A stretch of DNA of 64,000 bases, from positions 928,001 through 992,000 of the forward strand of contig CAXXNF010000001.1 in assembly GCA_963666365.2 (NCBI GenBank). The letters are read 5' to 3'. Position numbers and translations under genes: made by a program. Shown piece by piece: positions 50,264 through 64,000 of this stretch (position 1 is its first letter; each line of letters begins with the position of its first letter). Below the pieces are notes generated by a model. The model had not been told where the DNA came from. It searched no databases and was given only the letters and a program-made list of their open reading frames with translations. This DNA comes from Syntrophales bacterium (lineage in GTDB: Bacteria > Desulfobacterota > Syntrophia > Syntrophales > UBA2210).

Positions 50264-51616
50264 TCAGAAAAGAAATTCCACAAGCTCGCCTACATTGCCG
50301 ATGCCGATCGGCGCCATCCCCTTTTCGAATGTATGGTCTCGGACCACACTCCGGGGAAGGATGGCACGAGCGAATCCCATGCGTCCGGCCTCCTTTACCC
50401 GGGACAGCACCTGTCCCACGCCGCGCACCTCCCCCGTCAACCCGACCTCTCCAAACACAATCGTTCCAAAATCGACGGATCTGTTGAGAAAGCTGGAGAC
50501 CAGCGATGAGACGATCGCCAGATCAATGGCCGGTTCTGCAACTTTAACCCCGCCTGCCACATTGATAAAAATATCGCGGCTCGCCAGATGAAACCCGCAG
50601 ACGCGATCAATAACGGCCGCCAGGAGCGATACCCTGTTATGATCAACTCCGATGGCCGTTCTTCGCGGTATCCCCATGGACGTTTCGGTGACCAGCGATT
50701 GCACTTCCACCAGTATTGGCCGGGTTCCTTCCATGCTTGCCGTCACTGCGGACCCGGCGACTCCCGAGGGACGTTCCGATAAAAACAGCGCCGAAGGGTT
50801 GGCGACCTCGAAGAGTCCCCGCTCCCTCATTTCAAAGACGCCGATTTCATTGGTTGGTCCATAGCGATTCTTGACCGCTCTCACTATGCGGAAACTCAGC
50901 CCCGAATCCCCTTCAAAATAAAGCACCGTATCGACCATATGCTCAAGAACCCGGGGACCGGCAATCGATCCGTCTTTGGTGACATGGCCGATGAGAAAGA
51001 GGGGGACTCCCGACTGTTTTGACTGTATGATGAGTCTCTCCGACGCTTCCCGCACCTGGGTGACACTTCCCGGCGCCGAGGAGTAAGCGGAGGAATAAAG
51101 CGTCTGTATGGAATCGATAACCACCGCCGCCGGCTTTGCATCCTCAATCTGCTGCTGGATCGCTTCAAGGGAAGTTTCGACAAGTATCAGAAGGTTGGCT
51201 GAAAGCGCGCCGACTCGAGTCCCTCTTATTTTTATCTGCCGCGCCGATTCTTCTCCCGACACATACAGGACCCTGTTGCCGCGTGCTGCGATCTCCTGAA
51301 GCACCTGTAAAAGGAGCGTAGATTTTCCGATGCCCGGGTCACCGCCGATGAGAACGGCCGATCCGGTCACGATTCCCCCTCCAAGCACACGGTCTACTTC
51401 TTCAATACCCACGACAAGACGGTCTTTTTCGTCGGCCTCTATGGCAGCGATGGGCAGGGGAACTGCATCAAAAGCTGTGCGCTGCGACACACTGCCGTCA
51501 CGGATTTCTTCTTCGACAAAAGAATTCCACTGGCCGCAGGACGGGCAGCGACCAAGCCATTTGGGCGAATCATACCCGCAGCCTTGGCATGAAAAGATCA
51601 TTTTTGCCTTTTTCAC
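50264..51616 (-). CDS. radA: DNA repair protein RadA/Sms
   Basis: C..CG...KWLGRCP.C, GDPGIGKST, KNRYG, Lon-like C-terminus. Confidence 0.97.
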   Translation of the reverse strand: MKKAKMIFSCQGCGYDSPKWLGRCPSCGQWNSFVEEEIRDGSVSQRTAFDAVPLPIAAIEADEKDRLVVGIEEVDRVLGGGIVTGSAVLIGGDPGIGKSTLLLQVLQEIAARGNRVLYVSGEESARQIKIRGTRVGALSANLLILVETSLEAIQQQIEDAKPAAVVIDSIQTLYSSAYSSAPGSVTQVREASERLIIQSKQSGVPLFLIGHVTKDGSIAGPRVLEHMVDTVLYFEGDSGLSFRIVRAVKNRYGPTNEIGVFEMRERGLFEVANPSALFLSERPSGVAGSAVTASMEGTRPILVEVQSLVTETSMGIPRRTAIGVDHNRVSLLAAVIDRVCGFHLASRDIFINVAGGVKVAEPAIDLAIVSSLVSSFLNRSVDFGTIVFGEVGLTGEVRGVGQVLSRVKEAGRMGFARAILPRSVVRDHTFEKGMAPIGIGNVGELVEFLF

Positions 51617-51854
51617 CTACACCGGCTCCCTTGAAAAAATGGAAGGATTATGCCCACAGGATGGGTATTGCACACACTATAGGAACATTTATACCCCGCG
51701 TCAACAGAAATTGGCCCTTCACAAAGGAACCCGGGCCTCGGCAGGAATGTGCATGGATTCGCGCCGTTGTCTTCGACCTCAAAAAACCTTGAGCAAGACG
51801 TACAATTCTGATATAGGGGGTTGTTTCGTTATACTAAGAAGAGGATAAATTCAT

Positions 51855-52985
51855 ATGAACCATAATCCAAATTTCAGTTCCGGTCCCTGCAGCAAACGTC
51901 CGGGATGGAGCCTTTCCGCATTGACCGGTGCAGCAGTGGGCCGCTCTCACAGAAGCGCCCTGGGGAAAGAAAAACTTGGCAGTGCCATTGTCGAAAGTAA
52001 AGAAATCCTTGGGGTGCCTGATGATTATCTGCTGGGCATCCTTCCGGGATCGGACACGGGAGCATTCGAAGCCGCCATGTGGTCTCTTCTGGGCCCCAGG
52101 GCCGTCACGGTGCTCGTGTGGGAAAGTTTCAGCGAGGGATGGGCAACCGACCTATCCAAGCAACTGAAACTGAACCCCACGGTGCTCAAAGCCGAGTACG
52201 GGAAAATTCCCGATCTTGCCGCCATTGACTGGACCAGTGACGTGGTCTTTGTGGCTAACGGGACAACCAGCGGCGTGAAGGTCCCCGATTGGGAATGGAT
52301 TCCGGAGAACCGCGAGGGATTAACACTCTGCGATGCAACCAGCGCCGTTTTCGCCATGCCCCTGGACTGGTCAAAAATTGATGTGCTCACGTACTCATGG
52401 CAGAAATGCCTGGGAGGAGAAGCGGCGCACGGCATCCTCGTACTGAGTCCCCGCGCGGTGGAGCGAATTGAATCCTACGATCCCCCCTGGCCGCTTCCAA
52501 AAATCTTTCGCCTGAAGAAGGGCGGAAAACTGAACCGCGCCATATTCAAGGGGGACACCATCAACACGCCGTCCATGCTGTGCCTGGAGGATTATCTTGA
52601 CGCCCTTGCATGGGCTCGACAGATCGGACTTGACGGTCTTATAGAACGAAGCAGGGCCAATTTGGCCGTGATCGAGAAGTGGGTTGCGCACACGGATTGG
52701 ATCGATTTTCTGGCCGAATCGGAGGCGATCAGATCCCACACCTCGGTGTGCCTCAAGATCACCAATGAAAAATTTCAGGCCCTTTCCGAAGAGGACAAAA
52801 CGGCCTTCGTCAAGGGCATCGCAGGCACTCTGAGCAAAAACGACATTGCCCACGACGCAGGCTCCTACAAGGATGCCCCTCCGGGATTCCGTTTCTGGTG
52901 CGGCCCCACGGTCGAACCGAATGATGTAAAGCGGGGCATTGAAGGTCTGGAAAAAGTCTATCTTGAAAAGATCAGCACACTGTAA
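51855..52985 (+). CDS. serC: Phosphoserine aminotransferase (Methanosarcina/alphaproteobacterial type)
   Basis: [53 protein letters not shown]; directly upstream of serA. Confidence 0.93.
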   Translation: MNHNPNFSSGPCSKRPGWSLSALTGAAVGRSHRSALGKEKLGSAIVESKEILGVPDDYLLGILPGSDTGAFEAAMWSLLGPRAVTVLVWESFSEGWATDLSKQLKLNPTVLKAEYGKIPDLAAIDWTSDVVFVANGTTSGVKVPDWEWIPENREGLTLCDATSAVFAMPLDWSKIDVLTYSWQKCLGGEAAHGILVLSPRAVERIESYDPPWPLPKIFRLKKGGKLNRAIFKGDTINTPSMLCLEDYLDALAWARQIGLDGLIERSRANLAVIEKWVAHTDWIDFLAESEAIRSHTSVCLKITNEKFQALSEEDKTAFVKGIAGTLSKNDIAHDAGSYKDAPPGFRFWCGPTVEPNDVKRGIEGLEKVYLEKISTL

Positions 52986-53000
52986 ATCGGAGAAGAAAGA

Positions 53001-55899
<2,899 letters not shown>

Positions 55900-55900
<1 letters not shown>

Positions 55901-56316
55901 TGATAAAGGAGGCTGCAATAGCTACTATCACGCAGGAGGAAACAAAGAAGCGCGTCCTTCTTTTTGTCAATGCCGCGCTGGAACGCAAAGCGGAAGGGCT
56001 GACAATTCTGAAGGTGCATGAACTGACTTCTCTGGCTGATTATTTTATTCTGATGAGCGGCAGTTCCGATCGACAGGTTCAGGCAACGGCGGCCTATATT
56101 CGCGAAACACTCAAAAAATCAGATATTTATCCCCTGGGAGTTGAAGGGGAACAGGCAGGCCGGTGGATTCTGATGGATTACGGCGATATCGTGGTACATA
56201 TCTTTTACGAACCGGTGCGCGAGTTTTATGATATCGACAGCCTGTGGTCAGATGCGCCGAAGATGGAAATCGGCGACAACGTGCAAAGGCTGACCGACCT
56301 AAATGATGACATGTGA
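55900..56316 (+). CDS. rsfS: Ribosome silencing factor
   Basis: KAE, DYFI..SG.S.RQV, WILMDYGDIVVHIF....R.FY....LW. Confidence 0.93.
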
Positions 56317-57043
56317 TCGTCACGGCATTGCATCAAGTGTGGCGGACCTGGTATTTCCGCCGGCCTGCATCGTCTGCGGCCGCCTTCTCCGCAGCATTGC
56401 GCCATCGCCGTTCTGCGGCGAATGCTTCACAAATATTGCCTTCATCGCCGCACCGATATGCGACATATGCGGTATCCCCTTTGACAGGGAGGGAGAAGGA
56501 ACCCACCATTGCGGCGCATGCATCATCGATCCTCCCCCTTACAGCAGAGCCAGAGCGGTCGGCGTCTATAAGGGTGCCCTCCTGGAAGCCATCCATTTAT
56601 TTAAATACCGAAAAGACGCAGGTATGGGCATGGGAAAACAGTTGGGGGCGTTCATGGCGGCGTGGGCCTACGATTCTCTCTCTCCCGCAGACTATGATGC
56701 CGTCATTCCCATTCCGCTGCACCATAACAGGCTTAAAGAACGGGGATTTAATCAGTCGGCGATTCTGGCGCGCGAAATCGCACGAATGTTTTCTCTGCCG
56801 CTCGATCTTTCCACGCTGTGGCGTAAAGAAGATCGACCGCCCCAGGTAGGCTTGGGACGGCAGCAACGTCGAAAAAACACGAGAGGGGTGTTCGAAGTAA
56901 AACGGGGGAAGGATATTTACCGTAAACGCCTCCTGTTGGTAGATGATGTATTCACCACGGGAAGCACCGCAGGGGAGTGCGCCCGCCTTCTGAGGAGGCA
57001 CGGGGCGCTGGAAGTGGCGGTGCTGACGCTGGCGCGGGCATAA
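56303..57043 (+). CDS. comF: ComF family protein (double zinc ribbon + PRTase)
   Basis: FPPAC..C, C..C pairs, RGFNQS, LLVDDVFTTGST. Confidence 0.9.
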   Translation: MMTCDRHGIASSVADLVFPPACIVCGRLLRSIAPSPFCGECFTNIAFIAAPICDICGIPFDREGEGTHHCGACIIDPPPYSRARAVGVYKGALLEAIHLFKYRKDAGMGMGKQLGAFMAAWAYDSLSPADYDAVIPIPLHHNRLKERGFNQSAILAREIARMFSLPLDLSTLWRKEDRPPQVGLGRQQRRKNTRGVFEVKRGKDIYRKRLLLVDDVFTTGSTAGECARLLRRHGALEVAVLTLARA

Positions 57044-57082
57044 ATCTCTTCTGGCAAAAGAAAGTGAATCGGGAGACAGGCG

Positions 57083-57556
57083 ATGAATAAGGTGCTGCCG
57101 CAGGAGAAATTGAAAGTAATACTGGAAGGTCTGAGGGCGGAGGGAAAGAAGATCGTCTTTACCAATGGTTGCTTTGACATCCTCCACGTCGGTCACGTGA
57201 CCTACCTCAACCAGGCAAAGGAATTGGGAGATGTCTTGGTTATCGGACTCAACAGTGATGCATCTGTTACATCGATTAAAGGCCCCCTGCGTCCGATTGT
57301 ATCCGAATCTGAACGGGCTGCCGTGATTGCGGCACTGGAAGTCACCGATTATGTGACGATATTCAGAGAGGACACCCCTCAAGAACTGATTGAGTATCTG
57401 AAACCCCATATTCTTGTCAAGGGGGGCGATTGGGCGCCTGGCGAACTGGCAGGAGGGGACATCGTCGAAGAAGTGGTGATTATTCCCACGGTCGAAGGTG
57501 CATCAACAACCGATATCATCGGTCGCATCAAGGCCCTCTTTTTGAAAAAGGAATAA
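57083..57556 (+). CDS. rfaE2: D-glycero-beta-D-manno-heptose 1-phosphate adenylyltransferase (stand-alone)
   Basis: VFTNGCFDILHVGH, GLNSD.SV..KG..RP, LVKGGD, STT. Confidence 0.93.
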   Translation: MNKVLPQEKLKVILEGLRAEGKKIVFTNGCFDILHVGHVTYLNQAKELGDVLVIGLNSDASVTSIKGPLRPIVSESERAAVIAALEVTDYVTIFREDTPQELIEYLKPHILVKGGDWAPGELAGGDIVEEVVIIPTVEGASTTDIIGRIKALFLKKE

Positions 57557-57635
57557 TTTTTCTTTACAAACGAATCCCGATTGTATATATGGGAGCGGAA
57601 ATTTTTGACCCTCAAAGGACGGATACAGTATACAG

Positions 57636-57998
57636 ATGAAAGCCGAGCAACTGGAATACTTCAGGAACCTGTTTAATCAGAAGATTGATGAGCTGTTGCG
57701 AGAGGCAGGAAAAACCGTCTCCGAGATGACCGACAAGACAGAAAGTTTTCCCGACCTCACGGACAGGGCATCTCAAGAATCGGATAGAAATTTTGAACTT
57801 CGCATACGTGACCGCGAGAGAAAATTAATCAAGAAGATGAAAGAAGCGCTTGCTCGCATCGACGAGGGGACCTTCGGCATATGCGACTCCTGCGGAAAGA
57901 AGATATCAGACAAGCGGCTCATGGCGCGACCGGTCACGACGCTTTGCATTGAATGCAAGACAAAGCAGGAAGAACTTGAAAAACAGAAGGGCGAGTAA
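57636..57998 (+). CDS. dksA: RNA polymerase-binding protein DksA
   Basis: PDLTDRASQE (DxxDxA), RDRERKLI.K, C..C...RL.ARP...LCIECK. Confidence 0.93.
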   Translation: MKAEQLEYFRNLFNQKIDELLREAGKTVSEMTDKTESFPDLTDRASQESDRNFELRIRDRERKLIKKMKEALARIDEGTFGICDSCGKKISDKRLMARPVTTLCIECKTKQEELEKQKGE

Positions 57999-58157
57999 AC
58001 AGCCCTTTCTATTCCAATGCGTGTATCGTTCCTGTTCATCCGGATCTCAGTCGGGTCGATAATGCGGCGGTGTGCCTTTCCGGGCGCGTCCTCACTCACG
58101 CCGATGGCACGGTAACTTTCCCCTTTTATTGTATAGGTCAGTAAAGGATCAGGCATT

Positions 58158-60581
58158 GTGGTTGTCGATGTTGCAATAGAGGCCGGTGCAAGCCAGACCC
58201 TCTTCTCCTATGCCGTTCCCGTGGCGCTGCGTCACCGGGTTGCCGTCGGCACGCGCGTCCTTGCGCCCTTCGGCAGAAGGCGAGTGACGGGCTATATAAT
58301 AGAAATCACGAATGATTCATCCAGAGACGACCTTAAGGACATTACAGACATACTGGACAAGGCCCCACTTTTCGATCCTGAGGATCTGAAATTTTACCGC
58401 TGGGCGTCCGACTATTACATGTATCCTCTGGCGAAGACGCTGAGACTTGTCCTCCCCGCGGGGATCGGCGTGGAAAGCAGCCGGACGGTTATGAAGACGC
58501 AAAAGCCGGCACCGGCCGATCTTACGGAAAACCAGCAACAGATCATGTCTCTGCTGAAAGCATTTCCCAAAGGCGTCTCGCTCAAGGGCCTGAAAAATAA
58601 GATTCCCTGCCGGTCTCTTGACAGGGACATGAAGAAACTGACTGACGCAGGCCTCATCACCATGCGGGATGCCTTGAAGCAACCAACCGTTCGAGAAAAA
58701 AAAGAAACGCTCCTTCGCGTGGCCGAGGGAGTCGCCACGCTTGAGTCTTTTACGGAACGGCAGCAGACCCTCATTAAGGCCATAATGACAAGGGGATGCA
58801 TGACCCTCGCTCAGCTTCGGGGTGAGTGCGGCAATGCCGCATCGGTACTCACGAGACTCAGGCAAAAAGGGGTGATCGTGACGGAGGAGCGCATTTCCTG
58901 CCGCACTCCCGAACCACCTCCCGCAATCGGCGTCCCTCAGGGCGCCTATACCCTCACATCGGAACAGACAAGGGCGCTCAACGCAATAACCGATGCAATC
59001 ACCGCCCACAGATTTGCCCCTTTCCTGCTTCACGGAGTCACGGGAAGCGGAAAAACCGAGGTGTATCTCGGGGCGATCGCCAAGGCCCTCGCCCTTGGAG
59101 GAAGCGCGCTGCTGCTGGTTCCTGAAATTGCGCTGACTCCCCAGCTGTTAAGCCGCGTCAGGGATCGTTTCGGCGATGACAGGCTTGCGGTGCTTCACAG
59201 CGGGATACGACCGGGGGAACGATACGACCAGTGGAGAAGAATCGCCTCCGGCGAGGCCACGATAATACTGGGCGCCCGTTCGGCAATCTTTGCCCCGGTA
59301 CGGGACCTCCGATTGATCATTATAGACGAAGAGCATGACACATCATACAAACAGGATGACCGGATGCCCTACAATGCACGAGACCTTGCAGTTGTCAGGG
59401 CACGGTTTCTTTCGGCCGTGGTCGTGCTTGGATCGGCAACTCCGGAAATCCAAAGTTATTTCAATACAAAGCACAAGGGGTTTATCTACCTGCACCTTTC
59501 CAAGAGGGTGGAAAACAGAATGCTGCCAAAGGTGGAAATTGTTGACCTCAGGACACCGGAAGGAAAACAAAGCATGGGCGGGGTGCTCTCTCAGCCTCTC
59601 GCGAGAGCTATAGAGGACACACTTGATGCGGGAAAACAGACCCTTCTTTTTCTAAACAGAAGAGGGTTTACCACATTTCTTTCCTGCGTGAATTGCGGAT
59701 ATGTTTTCAGATGCCGCGACTGTTCCGTCACCCTGACCCATCACATGAGCGATCATACGTTGAAGTGTCATTATTGCAATTACTCCGTCAAAGTCCCCCC
59801 TCTTTGCCCCAGCTGTCAGGGCCACGGGATACGAAGCTACGGCGCCGGCACAGAGAAACTGTTTCATGAAATCGAGGCCCGATTCCCCCGCGCCAGAATA
59901 GCGCGACTTGACAGCGATGTCGCCTCAAAACGGGGCGCCTATGCGCGGATTCTTTCAGCGTTGGGTGCAAGAGAAATCGACATTTTGATAGGCACGCAGA
60001 TGATCGCCAAAGGACATGACTTCCCTCATGTGACCCTGGTAGGAGTGATATCGGCTGACACATCGCTTAACATGCCTGACTTTCGAGCCTCGGAACGCAC
60101 CTTTCAGTTGCTTACTCAGGTCTCGGGAAGGGGCGGCAGAGGCAACACGGCGGGAAGGGTGATCATACAAACCCTGAATCCCCTCCATTATGCAATAGTC
60201 AGGGCAGGAGATCATGATTACCTGAGCTTCTACGACGATGAATTACAGACGCGGATCGCTCTGGGATATCCCCCTTTTTCGCGCATGATTAATATGCGCA
60301 TATCCTCAAGGGATGAGTCAAAGGCGGCCGCGGTGGCTCAAAGGGCGGCGAACATCGCACATGCCGCGGCCCGGCGACAGAAAAAGGGACCGGGTGCAGT
60401 TTCAATACTAGGTCCGGCCCAGGCGCCTCTGATCAAAATCAAGGGGCGCTATCGATGGCAGCTTCTTTTTAAGGGAGCAGACGCGGGAATGCTCCACGAC
60501 CTCGCGGCGGAAATCATGAAAGCAATGGGACGGGAAGCTTCAAATATAAAAATTGACGTCGATCCCGTTAACTTCATGTAG
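58158..60581 (+). CDS. priA: Primosomal protein N'
   Basis: [30 protein letters not shown] plus four CxxC, GTQMIAKG.DF, DVDP. Confidence 0.96.
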   Translation: MVVDVAIEAGASQTLFSYAVPVALRHRVAVGTRVLAPFGRRRVTGYIIEITNDSSRDDLKDITDILDKAPLFDPEDLKFYRWASDYYMYPLAKTLRLVLPAGIGVESSRTVMKTQKPAPADLTENQQQIMSLLKAFPKGVSLKGLKNKIPCRSLDRDMKKLTDAGLITMRDALKQPTVREKKETLLRVAEGVATLESFTERQQTLIKAIMTRGCMTLAQLRGECGNAASVLTRLRQKGVIVTEERISCRTPEPPPAIGVPQGAYTLTSEQTRALNAITDAITAHRFAPFLLHGVTGSGKTEVYLGAIAKALALGGSALLLVPEIALTPQLLSRVRDRFGDDRLAVLHSGIRPGERYDQWRRIASGEATIILGARSAIFAPVRDLRLIIIDEEHDTSYKQDDRMPYNARDLAVVRARFLSAVVVLGSATPEIQSYFNTKHKGFIYLHLSKRVENRMLPKVEIVDLRTPEGKQSMGGVLSQPLARAIEDTLDAGKQTLLFLNRRGFTTFLSCVNCGYVFRCRDCSVTLTHHMSDHTLKCHYCNYSVKVPPLCPSCQGHGIRSYGAGTEKLFHEIEARFPRARIARLDSDVASKRGAYARILSALGAREIDILIGTQMIAKGHDFPHVTLVGVISADTSLNMPDFRASERTFQLLTQVSGRGGRGNTAGRVIIQTLNPLHYAIVRAGDHDYLSFYDDELQTRIALGYPPFSRMINMRISSRDESKAAAVAQRAANIAHAAARRQKKGPGAVSILGPAQAPLIKIKGRYRWQLLFKGADAGMLHDLAAEIMKAMGREASNIKIDVDPVNFM

Positions 60582-60703
60582 GCGCGGAGCATTCCTGATC
60601 ACCTGCGAGAGGAAGCTGAATTTCTGCTAAATTTCTTGCCATCTGACCTTCCAACACATATAATCCGCGAGATCCTACAAGAAAAAAACGAGAAAGGCGT
60701 CAC

Positions 60704-62221
60704 ATGAAAGGAATTATCGGCTTTGACAACGAAAAGTACATCCGCGAGCAGACTTTCGAAATCCTCAAAAGAGTAGAAAGATTCAATAATAAGCTCTATC
60801 TGGAGTTTGGAGGAAAACTCCTCTATGACTATCACGCCGCAAGGGTGCTCCCCGGTTATGACCCGAATGTGAAAATGAGGCTGTTGCAGCAATTGAAGGA
60901 TAAGGCCGATATACTTCTCTGTATTTACGCGGGCGACATAGAAAGAAAAAAGATCCGGGCCGACTTCGGCATCACCTATGATTCCGACGCCCTCAAGCTG
61001 ATCGATGATTTGAGGTCATGGGGAATCACGGTGCTCGGCGTCGTTATCACGCGATTCGACGACCAACCGGCCGCCACGGTATTCAAAAACAAGCTTGAAC
61101 GACGGGGAATCACAGTGTTCACCCATCGATACACAAAGGGCTACCCCACGGATGTAGACGTCATCGCCAGCGATGAGGGGTATGGACAAAACGCCTACAT
61201 CGAATCGGATAAGCCCCTCGTTATTGTAACCGGACCCGGGCCCGGAAGCGGCAAACTCGCCACGTGTCTTTCACAGCTCTATCACGATTACCGCAGGGGC
61301 GTTAAATCAGGGTACGCGAAGTTCGAGACCTTTCCTGTCTGGAACCTGCCCCTGAAGCATCCCGTCAACGTGGCCTACGAGGCGGCAACAGCCGATCTGA
61401 AGGACATAAATCTCATAGATTCCTTTCACCTGGACGCCTATGACCTGAAAGCGGTGAATTATAACCGTGATGTAGAGGTGTTTCCCGTGCTGAAACGAAT
61501 TCTTGAAAAAATCACCGGGGGCGCGTCCTTTTATCGGTCTCCCACCGACATGGGGGTCAACCGGGTGGGATTTGCCATCACCGATGACTCCGTCACTGAG
61601 GAGGCGGCAAAGCAGGAATTGATACGCCGTTATTTCCGCTATCACTGTGAGTACATCATGGGCTTTGCCGATAAGGAGTCCGTACAGCGGGTGGAACTTT
61701 TCATCAGGGATTTCGGCATCAAACCCGAGTATCGCCGTGTGGTCATGCCGGCCCGGGAGGCTGCAGTTTCGGCACAGAAACAACAAAAAGGGAACAAAGG
61801 CATTTTCTGCGGCGCCGCCATGGAATTGGGGGACGGCACGATCGTAACGGGCAACAATTCCCCGCTCCTTCACGCCGCATCAAGTCTTGTGTTGCATGCA
61901 ATCAAACACCTTGCTGAAATACCGCCAAAAATAAAGCTGCTTCCCCCGTCGATCACCGATTCGGTGCGGAAACTCAAGACGCGCATTCTCAACGAAAAAT
62001 CCGTCAGCCTCGATCTCAATGAGGCGTTAATTGCGCTGAGCATCAGCGCATCCACAAATCCGGCGGCGCAACTTGCCATGGACCATCTGGAAGCACTGCG
62101 AGGCTGCGAGGTGCACATGACCCATATGCCCACGCCCGGCGACGAGGAGGGCCTGAGGCGTCTGGGAGTAAACGCCACAAGTGATCCCGTATTTTCCACC
62201 ACGAATCTTTTCATCTCCTGA
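60704..62221 (+). CDS. DUF1846 (UPF0371) family protein
   Basis: GFDNEKY, KLYLEFGGKL, GPGSGKLATCLSQLY, GYAKFETFP.WN.PL.HPVN.AYEAATADL, SPTDMGVN. Confidence 0.9.
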   Translation: MKGIIGFDNEKYIREQTFEILKRVERFNNKLYLEFGGKLLYDYHAARVLPGYDPNVKMRLLQQLKDKADILLCIYAGDIERKKIRADFGITYDSDALKLIDDLRSWGITVLGVVITRFDDQPAATVFKNKLERRGITVFTHRYTKGYPTDVDVIASDEGYGQNAYIESDKPLVIVTGPGPGSGKLATCLSQLYHDYRRGVKSGYAKFETFPVWNLPLKHPVNVAYEAATADLKDINLIDSFHLDAYDLKAVNYNRDVEVFPVLKRILEKITGGASFYRSPTDMGVNRVGFAITDDSVTEEAAKQELIRRYFRYHCEYIMGFADKESVQRVELFIRDFGIKPEYRRVVMPAREAAVSAQKQQKGNKGIFCGAAMELGDGTIVTGNNSPLLHAASSLVLHAIKHLAEIPPKIKLLPPSITDSVRKLKTRILNEKSVSLDLNEALIALSISASTNPAAQLAMDHLEALRGCEVHMTHMPTPGDEEGLRRLGVNATSDPVFSTTNLFIS

Positions 62222-62236
62222 GGACTTTGTGAAACA

Positions 62237-64000
62237 TTACGAAACAATGCCCGTCTGAATTTTACGCAACCGGTTGAGCGCGGCCGCGCCTTCCCTTTCA
62301 ATGCCGTTGAGCATCTCAATGGCCCTGTCTTTTGCCAGTTGATCACCATCGATAAGATCGGTCGCTTCGGACATATCGACGGTAAAGATGCGAAACCTGT
62401 CGATGACGGCTTCGTAGATATTCCGTGCAATGGCATCCGTCAAAATATAGAAATATTGAAATTTCAAGTTTTCCCTGTAATCATTGATATGAAAGACAAG
62501 CGATCTCATGGTCTCTTTCTTTATTCTTCCCATCCCGTCACGAAGCGCGAATATTTCCCCGGCTCGTTCCTTGTCTTTACGTTTTTTCATCAATCCCCTT
62601 ACGGCGCCGATCAACTTATATACCCCGAGGCGCATAATGGCTTCAGAGCGAATTTTTGCCGAGTAATGAAGCGTTGAGACAAAGGAGGGTATGCGAATCC
62701 CGTTCTTTCTTCTCAGATCGCTAAGCTCCCAACTGGGAGTTTCGGAAGGTACGCTCTCGCGATCTGCGGGCGCCGCGATCCCCATCGTCGTCAGCACCGA
62801 TTGGTGACGATTCTGGGCTTCATGGATGAGCATTTCATAGGACCGTGCGATCGCCTGAAGCTTCTCTTCCGCCTTTTGTTCTTCCTGATAAATGAACTGT
62901 ATGAGCTGGGGATTGATCGTTTCCGTAATATACCGGTCCAGCGCCTCTTTAAACCTTTGAAACAGATCATAGAGCACCGAAGAGAATCCTTTTTCGGCAA
63001 TTTCCTGCTCCACGATGTGATAATCGACATCATATCGTTTTACAAAATCTCGAATGTCCTTGACCAGTGCGCCAAACCGCGCATCAAGCATTACATCTAT
63101 ATCCGATCCCAGGGAATGCTTTATTTTCAGAGAACTTCCATCGAGGGTGTCCTTAAGCAGATTCTTCTGCCCTTCAAGCTGCTCCAGCGTATGTCGCGTC
63201 GTATCGAGGGCCTGGCGTGCCTCCTGAGATCCCTTCAACAGCAATTCCCGGTTGAAGGCAGCCCACTGCCTGAGATTTTCCGCTGCGGCACTGAGCCTTA
63301 CAATGTGGCTTTTTAAAAGAATATTGAATCGATCGCGGTTCAAACGATCTCTCAGGACGGCATTGAAGCGCTCCGTCTCACGATCTGAAAAACCTTTCAA
63401 TTCTTCATCGATTTTCCACTGCCGCAACTTTTCACGGTCCTTTTCACTAAGCTCAGGCGCCGCCTTTTCAAATAAATTCAATAGCGCTGAAAATACGAAT
63501 ATTTCAGAACGCGGCTTTATCATCGAAATTTCATCGGCAACCCGATCGGTCACACGCCTCAGATCGACGATATCTGCATGTTCATTAAAATCGCAATTGA
63601 CGACAAAGAGCACGTTATCCATAAACCCCATCTTTTTTATCAGAGAGAGGAACCCCACATCGGCCTGCCGGATGCCCGTTCTGCTGCTGACGACATAGAG
63701 AATCAGATGTGCGTTAAGCAGATAATCTTGAATCATTGCAAGGTGATGAGGATTAATTGAGTCGACGCCCTGGCAGTCGCCGATCTCCGTATTTTCATCA
63801 AGAAATCCGACGGCGGGAACGTGAAGCTCCAAATCTTTCAGGTAGACGGCGAGCGCGTCGTCTCCGGCGAACTCTCTATGTTTTCCAGCCTGCACAGGTC
63901 CCTTGAAGGTGCGAACACCGCTCTTCCGCGACAGCATTTCCCTGATCCTGGGGTATCCCTTCAAGTATGAACTGAGAAGTACACTTTTTGAATCAAGCGT
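62237..64000 (-). CDS. Bacterial dynamin-like protein, 5' end outside window
   Basis: Frame open to 64000. EIGDCQGVDS (G3-like DxxG), LILYVVSSR, FVVN.D (G4-like), V.SAL, then a long helical/coiled-coil region. G1 P-loop not visible. Confidence 0.7.
   Translation of the reverse strand, partial: TLDSKSVLLSSYLKGYPRIREMLSRKSGVRTFKGPVQAGKHREFAGDDALAVYLKDLELHVPAVGFLDENTEIGDCQGVDSINPHHLAMIQDYLLNAHLILYVVSSRTGIRQADVGFLSLIKKMGFMDNVLFVVNCDFNEHADIVDLRRVTDRVADEISMIKPRSEIFVFSALLNLFEKAAPELSEKDREKLRQWKIDEELKGFSDRETERFNAVLRDRLNRDRFNILLKSHIVRLSAAAENLRQWAAFNRELLLKGSQEARQALDTTRHTLEQLEGQKNLLKDTLDGSSLKIKHSLGSDIDVMLDARFGALVKDIRDFVKRYDVDYHIVEQEIAEKGFSSVLYDLFQRFKEALDRYITETINPQLIQFIYQEEQKAEEKLQAIARSYEMLIHEAQNRHQSVLTTMGIAAPADRESVPSETPSWELSDLRRKNGIRIPSFVSTLHYSAKIRSEAIMRLGVYKLIGAVRGLMKKRKDKERAGEIFALRDGMGRIKKETMRSLVFHINDYRENLKFQYFYILTDAIARNIYEAVIDRFRIFTVDMSEATDLIDGDQLAKDRAIEMLNGIEREGAAALNRLRKIQTGIVS

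Overview
64 kb of mostly core chromosome from an anaerobic deltaproteobacterium-like organism (Desulfobacterota/Syntrophales-like, inferred from gene content such as DUF6178, DksA and the tRNA-Ile2/zinc-ribbon/rnpB block). I see no CRISPR array, prophage, transposase or rRNA. Left end: a minus-strand alpha-glucan/glycogen cluster (DHH phosphoesterase, GT4, a fused GT3 glycogen synthase-GT35 phosphorylase, and a GH57 whose nucleophile Glu appears replaced by Ala), divergent from a CdaA-CdaR-fused diadenylate cyclase. This is the best candidate for an undescribed system (c-di-AMP linked to glycogen). Then come xth, a PAS kinase, nikR, a TRAP + acyl-CoA ligase operon, ugd-uxs, an alpha/beta hydrolase, an ADP-forming acyl-CoA ligase alpha subunit, usp and uvrBC. 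Next are an alkyl-DHAP-synthase-like/GlpD-like/FGGY-kinase trio, two CNNM proteins with a half GlmU, ppsA, and hsp20-groEL with only a 15-codon groES relic. The right part holds an ABC/NEW3 operon, rnpB, tRNA-Ile(CAT), radA, serC-serA-purA-rsfS-comF-rfaE2-dksA-priA, DUF1846 and a partial dynamin-like gene. Several intergenic spacers hold short palindromic or periodic (7/9/10-nt) repeat elements. All family assignments come from motif recognition by eye, not database searches.
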